The notes under the pieces: generated by a model
What the model saw: only the letters and a program-made list of their open reading frames with translations
Told to the model about the DNA's origin: nothing
Database searches by the model: none
DNA from: Cycas panzhihuaensis
Lineage: Eukaryota; Plantae; Cycadophyta
Assembly: GCA_023213395.1 (NCBI GenBank)
Contig: CM041465.1
Location: 195,989,741 to 196,053,740, forward strand
Length of the DNA stretch: 64,000 bases
Reading direction: 5' to 3'
Position numbers and translations under genes: made by a program
Shown here: positions 1 to 10,556 of the stretch, in pieces
How the letters are laid out: each line of letters begins with the position of its first letter
Position numbering within the stretch: the first letter of the stretch is position 1

Positions 1-310
1 TCCTAGTTTTTGCTTTCTTCTCTTTCTAAGCTTTTGTGTTTTCTCCTATCCCTATACTCATTTTATCCCCATCATACATGGTGTGCATCCATTGGAAGAA
101 TATTGCACCATGCCTCATCGTGATATGTATGCCCAATGGTAAATTTGACCAAGTATCTTTTTATCCACTACCACCTCACTCCCCTTATTCACACAAGAAA
201 TTTTGTAGGGAATAACATGCCTTTGACAATATAGTCCTAGTTTTTCTACCATCTTGTTGGAAGTAGCAACAGATGGCACTTCAAGCAATTTGGATGCTAG
301 ATGCAGTGTA

Positions 311-677
311 TGTGACGATGTTAATGTCACATGGTCATTTCATGAAGTTAGAATTAGATAAAGTCACTTTTATGTTTATAACTTTAGGATAAGGTGACTA
401 TGCCTAAGTCACTTAAGTGAAATGACATAAAATTCATTTCACTGTAATTTCATGTAATCTCATTTGAATGTCATTGGGAGGGAAAACTCAAATTCCAAAC
501 CCTAATGAGCATCCTCATTATATAAGTTGAAATTACATGGAGAGTGAATATATTCTACACTTCTCCTCTTTGAGCTCAAGCTATTAGCATTCTCTTGTTG
601 AATACATTGTGCTTGTCTCCACTATTTGCCATTGTGTAGTGTTAGTGCACTAGATCCCTAGATCCATTGTCTCAACA
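311..677 (+). repeat. E1 5' LTR
   Basis: TGTGACG..CTCAACA; direct repeat of 7848-8214. Confidence 0.97.
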
Positions 678-679
678 AG

Positions 680-692
680 TGGTATCAGAGCC
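680..692 (+). promoter_or_regulatory. E1 primer binding site (initiator tRNA-Met)
   Basis: TGGTATCAGAGCC, 2 nt after the LTR end. Confidence 0.95.
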
Positions 693-2765
693 ATTGGGTG
701 GATCCTAGTGCCACACTCACTTGCAAGGAGATTGCAAGCTATGTTCTCCTCTTCTTCACCATTCATGTGAAGTGAAGAGTTGAGATTTTTTTTTAAAATC
801 CATTTTTTAAAGCTCTTTTTATAGCAATTTTTTAGTACAAAATTATATGTTGTTGTACTATTTTATTTCTGCAGATAAGAGGAAGGAGTGTGGCTGCTTA
901 AAAACAACCTATTTGCAGGTCTAAAGGAGCACAGGAATTGCTCAGCTGATAGCAATTTTCAGCCATCTTTTTGAGCCCCAAATTTGGCATTTTGGCCTAT
1001 TTTTTGCTATTTTTTTTACAGTAAAAGTCAGATTTCAAGGTTGGAGAAGAAGAAATTAGTGACTCTCACTGATTAGAGACAGATTTTAAAGTATAAAATG
1101 AAACCATACGGACACAGTACGGGCTGTACGGATTTCCGTACAGCGGTACGGCCAAAAAATCAAAGTGCCCAAAATCACACGAAATTTCACCAGTAGGTGC
1201 GTCTTGGCCTCCTAAGCACTTTTGTCTACTGGAGCGACGCGAGATTTTGAGTTTAAAGGGGTCAAATAGCCTGTTTTTGCAGCCATTCTCCAAATTTAAA
1301 AATCTCGGATCTAAAAAAATCTGAAGAGTTTTTTCCTGCTGTAATACATATTTTTGGATCTCCTCGTCCCGATCTATCATTTGGGATAGGTCTCACATGA
1401 ATCCGACACTTCGTTGAAAAGTTATGACAATTTTTAAGTTTTCTAGTACATTTTGGCCGCGAGTTAAAACTAGCTTTTTTGCCTGGTTTTAATAAGATTT
1501 TCAAAAATTTTTGTATATTTGTAAAGTGCGGGTGAAGGCCAGCAAATCTAGAAATTTTTATTTTTTTCAAAAAATTTTGAAATTTGTGCCATATAGCGGT
1601 ACAATAGATTGATGCCGCCTCAACAGCAGACTTAGTTTGTTGAAAATTTGATTTTTCAGCATACAGTGTATTTCTCAAATTTTTAGTTTTTTTTCTTTTC
1701 CCCTTCTTTAGAAAAAAAAAAAAAAAAAAAATTGTATGTAAAAGGGGTTTTTTAAAGACATTTACAGCCTTTGTGGCTTTTAGAGGCCTATTTTGGCTCT
1801 TTTGTAAAAAGAACAAGGTACTTAAATCCTTTGTAAAGCCAATCATCTGGATCGGAGCAATATCCGATGATTTGGCTCATCATGTGTATGATTTTAATGG
1901 TTGCATGCACTTTGAGACTTCATTGAGTGCCACTTGGGCACATAGAGTGCCATTTGGGCACTAGGTGGAAACGTCATCACTACACTTGGACACGACAACA
2001 ACACTTAAGTGGAGCATTTACATTTAGTTTTCAGTTATTTTTACATGACATTCGAGAACAAGAGCACTTTCCTTAAAATCAACTCATCTCGACGACTTTA
2101 TACCGCCAGTTCTTGACTTGTGCGCATACTCACCTTGGTTGAAATAGACCAAGGTTGGCCGAAGTCCAGGCCCTAAGGGAGGTGTGAGTTTCATACTGGG
2201 TCTGGTCATAACCGGTATAGTGGTGGAGGGACAGGTTAGCCATACCTACGGCTCCAATCAGGGATTATCCTGATAACCATCTGGGAAAACTAAAAAACCG
2301 TAATCAAGATAATTAATTTAGTTGGGCCAATATCCATCATAGCCGTGGGACATGCACGTACTTCTCTTCGGAGAGTATATCGCTGCTCATTGGTGAACTG
2401 GGTGAGGACTGGCAAGACTGGCTCCACGCTTACTTGGATTTCATCACCAAGGAACAGGCGGGTATCGCGGGTGAAGGCCATTAATTACGATACTAGAAGC
2501 CCCTTAGGCATCGACACCTCACCTACTTTGGATACAAGTTAGAGGTTTGGGTTTGTTACACATCCTACATCACTTTGGTTATCAGTTGTGTGCACCCACA
2601 TGCTGACTTCTATATAGGCCTTCTCACTTATCTTGATTAGATCACTTACATCACATACTTATTTGTGATCTCTTTGCTTCCACATCTTACATTGCATTAC
2701 TTCATTATTCCCCGCTGCGTCAAGTAGACCTGTCACAAGTCTCAGTGACTCCACCTTCTTCTACT

Positions 2766-2849
2766 TAGTGCATTTTCCTACACATTTATATACATCACTC
2801 GTATTCATAGTGCATTTTCCTACACATTTATATACATCACTCGTATTCA
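2766..2849 (+). repeat. 42 bp tandem duplication just upstream of E1 gag
   Basis: TAGTGCATTTTCCTACACATTTATATACATCACTCGTATTCA twice. Confidence 0.9.
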
Positions 2850-2864
2850 TCTTTTCACACCACC

Positions 2865-5800
2865 ATGTCGACCAACTTCAAGTAGAATGTGAACTGTATG
2901 CTAAAAGGGAAGGAGAATTGGGATCTATGGTTCACGGGAGTTAAGAACGCAGCCAAGTATGAGGGACTGCGCTAGACCACTTGGAGCGAACCCCGATAGT
3001 ACCTGCAACCGACACCACACCGCAGAGTGGTGGCACACCTCCAGCTCTTCCTGCTCATAATCCGCAACGGCGACAGTGCATTATTGAAGACCAGAAGATC
3101 AAAGCAGGGATCCTGCTAGTTATAGATTACTCCTTGCACAACCTGATCGATGACACGCAAAGACGACATCGCTTCAAGGTCCTCGAAGTCCTCAAAAGAA
3201 ACTTTGATACTCGATCAGACTTGGAGTTTGTTCATATGGTATTAAAGATGAACAAGATGCGAATGCAGAAAGGGCGAACACATGAAACCATCAATGCTCT
3301 TCGCCCATTAAATGTGCCATTGATAGGGATTTTAAGACCCAATGTATAACTTGGGCCTTCCTAATTCAATCTAGTGCGCATGTTCACGATTATAAGAACT
3401 CGCTAGGAAATCTTGATCATCCGCACATCAAGACCCTCAACTTCAAGCATTAGCCGAGAAGTTTATCGAACATGACAAGACCTTCACTACTAGCTTCCCA
3501 CTTTCGATTCAACTCCTAATGCACCTTTGAAGCTGACATGGACGAGGAAGTATACTACACCAAACAACAAGGTCAATCTTCACGCAGAGGAAGAAGAGGT
3601 CGTGGAAGAGGCAGGGGAACGCAACAGGGACAACAACAAAGGCAACAACAAGGTCAAGAAAGAAACAAGAGTCAAAAGATCACAATCAAAGATGACCAAA
3701 CAACAATGCTCCCACGTGTCAAAGGTGTAACAGGAAAGGACACCTTGCAAAAGATTGCCGCATTGACTACAACAGATTGACTCGTCATCAACAATAGCAA
3801 CATCAAGCCCACAATGTTGATGAGAGTCATGATGACTTATTTGCAGGAGCAAATCTCATTGAGGCATGTATTCAACAAAGCAGGGAAGCATCCACTTCAT
3901 CTATTGCTTCTAGACCTAAGAGGTACATCGAGGCACACTGTGGCACAGCCATTTGTCAGCTTGATTCGCCACTACCTCAACCACTTGGACAGGCAAATGC
4001 TGCATCAACATCATCATCAGACTGGGTTATGGACACAGGAACTACCCAACACATGACTTGTCACCGGGACTTCTTTCAGGATTTTGATTCAGTGGTCACC
4101 GGAGTAGTACACATGGCCGATAAGTCGACACAACCTGTTCAAGGCATGGGCTCTATATGCCTAAAGCTCCCAGGCCTGCCCAATTTTACTTTAAAAGATG
4201 TCTTGTATATTCCCCATCTCAAACAAAACCTTCGTTATCCACACTTGTCTCCGTGGATTCGACACGAGTGTCACGATTAATGATCAAGTTCTTAGTGTTA
4301 TTCACCCGCCTTCATGTTACGTGGTAATGACCGGAAACTTGAAGGTAAGCTATTTAGACCGACCGAACCACATTGTCTTCTTCCGCATACCAAGTTGTTG
4401 CCCCATCCGTGTCGTGGAAGAACTTGCATATAATGTCACATTGACTCACCCAATTGTCCCTTAGAAGCTCTTTGGCATGCTCGCATGGGGCACGTCAAAC
4501 TTGATCGGCTTAAAGAAATCTCTCATTCTACTCCGTGTGCCTGATTTTCCTCTAAGCCATTCAAATGTGAAGCTTGCATTATTGCCAAATCCCAGATGTA
4601 CCATTTCCCCAGAGTCAATGGAAAGCCAGTCAACCTCTTGAATTAGTACACTCAGATATCTGTGGGCCTATGCCTATCCCTTCTCTCACAGGGAAGAGGT
4701 ACTATATTACATTTATTGATGACTTCACTCGAAAGGTATGGGTGACCTTTTTAAAATCAAAAGATGAAGCATTCACAGTATTCAAGGCATTCAAGGCTCT
4801 CACAGAGAAGGAATCCGGATATCAACTGATGTGTCTCAGGATTGACAATGGTGGCGAATACACTTCAAATGAATTCGAAGACTTCTTGTGTCAGCAAGGG
4901 ATCAAGCATCAAACAACTATTGCAGGTACCCCCCAGCATAATGGAGTTGCTAAAAGGGCTAATAGAACCATAATGAATATGGCACGGGCTATGCTTGTCT
5001 TCAAGAATGTGCTTGCATATCTTCGGGCCGGTTATTTATACTGCAGCCATCGCATGAACAACATAAGTCCATCAAAACTCACTGTCTCCAAATGAACGAT
5101 GGACCTGGATGCACCCCTCACCGTCCATCACTTCAAAATTTTTAGCTCTACTTGTTATGCTCACATTCTTGATGAGCATAGAAATAAGCTCCAACCGCGA
5201 GCTTTAAAGGGCATCTTTGTTGGGTACCCCATGAACAAGAAAGGGTACAAGGTCTTCATTCCAACATTAAAGAAGATCATTATCACTAAAGATGTGGTGT
5301 TTGCGGAGACAGAGGATCAGCTACTTCAACTTGATTCTAAAGCACCATCTCATAGATACAACGATGTCCAGGAATATGATGTACAGATTCCAACATTTAG
5401 GGGGGGAGACACTGGAGAAATACTCAAAATTTTGGAATCTGACAATAAAGCCTCGGAGGACCCTATCCTTGACTCAGATCCTGTGCCAATGTGCGCCAAC
5501 CCAGCACCATCTTGGGAGAATAGCCAGGAATCACCACGTCAAGCATCAAAAGTAAAAGGAGTTGCAGAAGAACCACCTTCACCACCTTCAGTTGTAGGGT
5601 CGTCTTTCTCCAAAGAATGTCATCAACCTCCGGACCATACATCTCCCATGATCCTTTTCAGGATCAAAATGAAGACCAGGATGTTGTGGAAATGAAAACC
5701 TCATTCCCAACCAAAGGTTTTCGAGAAGCCTACCAGTTGCACAAAGACTTGAGATCTGATAAGGTAGGCAAAACTGGCACTCGAAGTGATGCCTACAGAG

Positions 5801-7392
5801 CAAGGGAGCAAAGATCACTTCCCATAGAGCTTGAACTAGCAGAACTGCACCTTGCTTCAAATGACGAGCCTTTATCATACCAAGAAGCTGTGAAACACAC
5901 AGTTTGGAGAAATGCCATGAATGAGGAATACCAATCCTTGATCAAGAATGGTACATGGGAGCTCGTTGATCTGCCTTTGGGAAGGAAGGTAGTCAGAAAC
6001 AAATGGGTGTTCAAAAATAAATACAGATCGACAAAGACCCCTTGAAAAACACAAGGCGAGGTTAGTCGCAAAAGGATTCACCTAAAGGGAAGGCATCGAC
6101 TACACAGAAGTCTTCGCACCAACTACCAAATGGCCCACAATCAGAGCACTTGTGGCCTTGGTCGCCAATGTGGTTGGAAAATCCACCAACTCGATGTGAA
6201 AACTGCTTTTCTCAATGGAAATTTGGAAGAAGAAATTTACATGACACAGCCTGAAGGCTTTGAAATAGCAGGACAGGAGCAGAAAGTGTGTAGACTAAAA
6301 AAGTCATTATATGGCCTAAAACAAGCCCCTCGCGCTTGGTTCACCAAGTTGTCCAACAAAATGAGGCAACTTGGATATGAGGTATATGACTATCAAGACG
6401 TTGATGCAACTTTGTTTATTAAGAGAGAAAAAGGCAAAGTCACATATCTCCTGATCTTTGTGGATGACATGTCGATAATCGGAAATAGTGAGCGGGATAT
6501 TAGCAAATTAAAGATGGACTTGTCAAAATCCTTCAACTATCTCGACCTCGGACTAATGAGATATTACTTGGGAATTGAGGTAACTCAATGCAATGGAAAA
6601 ATCTCTCTCCAAGGAAAATATATCAATGATCTTCTAATCAAGTTCGGATTAGAAGATGCCGTAATGATGTATACTCCAATGGAGCCTAATGCCAAACTTT
6701 CCGATGAAGACACTCGAGAGGCGACGCAACACTCTATCGACAACTTGTAGGTAGCCTCATTTATGTTACCAACACAAGGCCGGATATTGCCCATGCCGTT
6801 GGCATTCTTGTCCGTTACATGACAACTCCAAAGCAGAACCATTGGCAAGCAAAGAATACGAGTGTTGAAGTACCTAAAGGCGACCAACAAACTTGGTTTG
6901 TTGTATGAGCATAATAATGATTTCGGACTTACAAAGATAATATTGCACTCGATTTTGCGGTGACAAAAATACAGAAGATCAACGTCCGGCACATCACATT
7001 TCTTGGAACACCCAATTTCATGGCGGTCAAGGCGGCGTAAAATCATCGCAGATTCTCACTGAAGCCGAATACATAGTCGCTCGAGATTAGCAAGGAGGTG
7101 ATATGGCTTCGCAAATTATTACATACTTTGGATATCACCCAGACAGGTCCAACGAGCTTACATGTGGACAATCAACAAGAATCCACATGGCCAAGAATCC
7201 TTTTTCATGATCGTACAAAGCACATTAGTACAAAAGTCCACAGGATCCGGGAACTAGTCCATGATGGCACAATACAATTGGAGCACTGCCCCACAGCAGA
7301 TTAAGTGGCTAATATCTTCACCAAACCGCTGCAAAGGGTGAAGTTTGAACAGTTCCGACTAGCCTTTTAGGGCCTCCATCTCCAATCGATTG
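2865..7392 (+). pseudogene. E1 gag-pol polyprotein, frameshifted
   Basis: Protease WVMDTGTTQHM, integrase [60 protein letters not shown], RNase H DNQ/RTKHI. Split into more than 10 ORF pieces. Confidence 0.93.
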
Positions 7393-7836
7393 AAGGAGAT
7401 GGTACAGTGACCAAAGATACTCTATCCCATTCGTGAAAACCCCTTGTGGGCGCGGAAGGATTAGAGTAAGTCTCTGCTCTCTCCCATTCGTGAAAACCCC
7501 TCATGGACGCAAAAGGAGTTGGGTTGTACTTGTTTCGAAAATCAGAACCTATGAAAACCTAAAAGGGTATGGGGGATGACGAAACGGTATATGAAGACTC
7601 AGCAAATTGAAGCTGCACAACCAACTTGTACTGCTTGGCTATCTGGCTACACTCAAAGAGCCGTCTGAGCCACTTCATAGAATAGGAAGTCAAGTCCGTG
7701 GGTTTTTATTCCCCCGAGGGTTTTCCCACAAAAGTGTCTTGTAAGTTATAGAATTTTTTTCCTCAATGTAATAATGAGGCTATAATGAAGACCTCATAGA
7801 TTAGAATAGGATAAAGGAAAATGACCTTCTGCCATT

Positions 7837-7846
7837 AAGGGGGGGA
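7837..7846 (+). promoter_or_regulatory. E1 polypurine tract
   Basis: AAGGGGGGGA immediately before the 3' LTR. Confidence 0.92.
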
Positions 7847-7847
7847 T

Positions 7848-8214
7848 TGTGACGATGTTAATGTCACATGGTCATTTCATGAAGTTAGAATTAGATAAAG
7901 TCACTTTTATGTTTATAACTTTAGGATAAGGTGACTATGCCTAAGTCACTTAAGTGAAATGACATAAAGTTCATTTCACTGTAATTTCATGTAATCTCAT
8001 TTGAATGTCATTGGGAGGGGAAACTCAAATTCCAAACCCTAATGAGCATCCTCATTATATAAGCTAAAATTACATGGAGAGTGAATATATTCTACACTTC
8101 TCCTCTTTGAGCTCAAGCTATTAGCATTCTCTTGTTGAGTACATTGTGCTTGTCTCCACTATTTGCCATTGTGTAGTGTTAGTGCACTAGATCCCTAGAT
8201 CCATTCCCTCAACA
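7848..8214 (+). repeat. E1 3' LTR
   Basis: Direct repeat of 311-677, followed by TSD GTGTA. Confidence 0.97.
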
Positions 8215-9875
8215 GTGTATAGTAGCTAAAGCAAGATTTCCTATGGATGGACATCAGTGAGTCCATGAATGTCTATGAAATCCCAATAAGAATTTGTGTT
8301 CGATGTTGTGTTTGCAGAGTGTTATTGAGGATACAGAATTGTGAAACCAAATGCTCAAATGGGTGACAACGATGAAGAAGGCACAAGGAAGATCCCACGC
8401 AAATGAGGCAATTACAATTGGATGGAAGTGATGATAACAGGGTGCTAATTTTTGCAAGTCTATTTGAGAAATTAAAACTCATTTTAGAGGCTATTGTGAG
8501 TGTCCCTCCTTGGGATTTGTTGCCAAAACAATGTAAGCAAACCCTAGTAGATATTTAGCAGAAAAAAACCTTATGAAGAGTTTAGCAAGCTCATTGAGAG
8601 AGTATTCTATGTTGATCAGATCATGAAAGGACAATTTTTCCAGAGAAGGCAGAATGTAGCAGAATTTCAAGGCTATTTTCAGTGTTATTTGATAGAACAA
8701 TAATAGTTATGTTGTGGCAGCTTACTGTGATTATTTTGGGGTTGTGGCACCCTCTTTTCTACAGTAGGCAACTCTCAATTGATGTTTGGGCATGTTTGGG
8801 CAAACTTCCTCTATTGTGGTTTGCTGTGATTAATTGTTGGGTAGATTTATTGATTGTAGGCACTTTGTTTTTCTAGTATTTAATGCTCCTTTGATTAGTG
8901 CTCCTTTGTATACTATGATACCATGATTATAGGCTGTGGAAAGTTGTGAAAAAATTCAAGTTGTAGTGTTCTCTATTTCTATACCATTGGAATAGAGGAG
9001 CCACCATTTGTGTGTGTAACAACCCTCAAAGGGCATGCAAGTTTATCAAGTTTCTCATCATTTGGGCATCATTCCCATAGTCCAATCAACCTCAATAGTG
9101 TATAAAGAAAATATTTTTGCCTTCACGAATCATGTAACAGTTCATGGAGATTGCAATAGTCACGCAGGTCCAAACCATGTCACATAAACATAGAAATAAA
9201 ACAAACAAAATTTTGCTTCACTTTATAAATTTTCATGAATGTTAAATTCAAAATTAAGGTATAATTGAATGGTCCTTGAAATCCTCCTAAGCTCCCATGA
9301 CATCAGTAGCCGGTCACGTGGTGAAAAGCAATGGCCTAGGGCTAAAATGAAAAGGGCTAAATGCCTAATTAATAGCCTCAAGTGAAATTTTTCATATCTC
9401 CATTCAGTTTTTCCATCATAACAGTCACATATGAACCCAGATTTTAATTCTACCGGGTTCAATAAGAAATATGCTTTGATGCCTTCAAAACAAGTAGCTA
9501 GAAGGCTATATTGGTTTTTGAGTTCTGATAGTTTTTTAAGGTTGAAGTTGATACATATGGTACAGAGACCCTTAATAGGTTCAATTTTTAAAGTTTTTAA
9601 GGCATATTTTTTTAGTTTGGCAAGCATTTTTTTACAATAGATAGTGACTTTTGTGACTTCAAGAGACAATTGTGAGAACCCATTTATGAGAAATATATGG
9701 GGAAGTGTCGCATCAAGTGGATTAATGCATTTTGCATAACTGTCAAGTGATTCATTTAGACCTTCCATTTGAAATTTGGTAAGACTACTTCATAGTAGCA
9801 TTGTAATATGCCAAAACACACCAGAAAACATGCCAAATGGAATTGCATATATACTAGGGCCACCTCCCTTCATTA

Positions 9876-10004
9876 GGAAAAGATTTCAAAGAATATTCAT
9901 CTAACAATAATGCCATTGCTTTAAACCATAGAATTTCATGAAATTGTTTCAAACTCCTCTCTCCATGAGGAAAAGACTTCAAAGAATATTCCTCTAACAA
10001 CAAT
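9876..10004 (-). repeat. Two ~36 bp copies 93 bp apart (in frame) in the host coding block
   Basis: GGAAAAGAYTTCAAAGAATATTCMTCTAACAAYAAT at 9876 and 9969, translating as LLLEEYSLKSFP and LLLDEYSLKSFP. Confidence 0.8.
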
Positions 10005-10556
10005 TGTGAAAAAAGGCTAGATGGCCTCAACAGTCCCTAGATCTAGAAACTAGGATCACTCTAGTTCTAGTTGCAGAAATACAAACAAGTATAATAAACT
10101 CAAGGTAAAGAGAAAGCAAAGAGACAAAACTTGAATGAAGGAGCAAGAGAAAATGATACCCAATATGTGGAGTTGGAATTGGTCCAACCTCCCAAGAATG
10201 AACAGCTTGATTAGCAAACTGATAGCATAACAATATAACTGCAACTCTTGTGTGAGACAATGAGGAGAGCTCTCATTATATAGAGTGAAATGAGAGACCT
10301 AAGGCCTTGGATGTTTGACAAGTGTCAAACATCCAAGATATGCCTTGCATGTTGCACATGTGTCCTTTTGGGCTCTCATGTGAGCAAAAGTGCATGAGGG
10401 TCCATTTGACCCTTTAGTGACAATGTTGTGTCACTAGAAAGAATGTGGGTGTGCACTTTATCACTTAAGTGATAAGTCACCCCTAAAGTAAAAAGTGCAT
10501 ATATTACATGAAAAATAAAAGTACATTAACTTAACATTTAAACATAAGGTTTAACA
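10005..10556 (-). repeat. E2 3' LTR
   Basis: Direct repeat of 16418-16971, adjacent to the PPT. Confidence 0.96.

Larger units (their letters stand above)
311..8214 (+). mobile_element. Complete Ty1/copia LTR retrotransposon E1 (7.9 kb)
   Basis: 367 bp TG..CA LTRs at 311-677 and 7848-8214 (about 7 mismatches by eye). Perfect 5 bp TSD GTGTA (306-310, 8215-8219), tRNA-Met PBS, PPT, and domain order gag-PR-INT-RT-RH. Confidence 0.97.

Noticed and set aside
680-692. tRNA gene
   Set aside because: Only the 12-13 nt PBS complement is present; there is no cloverleaf.
1066-1964. ORFs of 104-194 aa in the E1 leader
   Set aside because: Low-complexity K/F-rich translations of homopolymer-rich UTR with no domain.
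2120-2380. Group II intron look-alike (GTGCG start, AGCCGT..GCACGTAC)
   Set aside because: The domain V 3' strand (ACGGTTC) and domain VI are absent; AGCCGTGGG pairs upstream instead.
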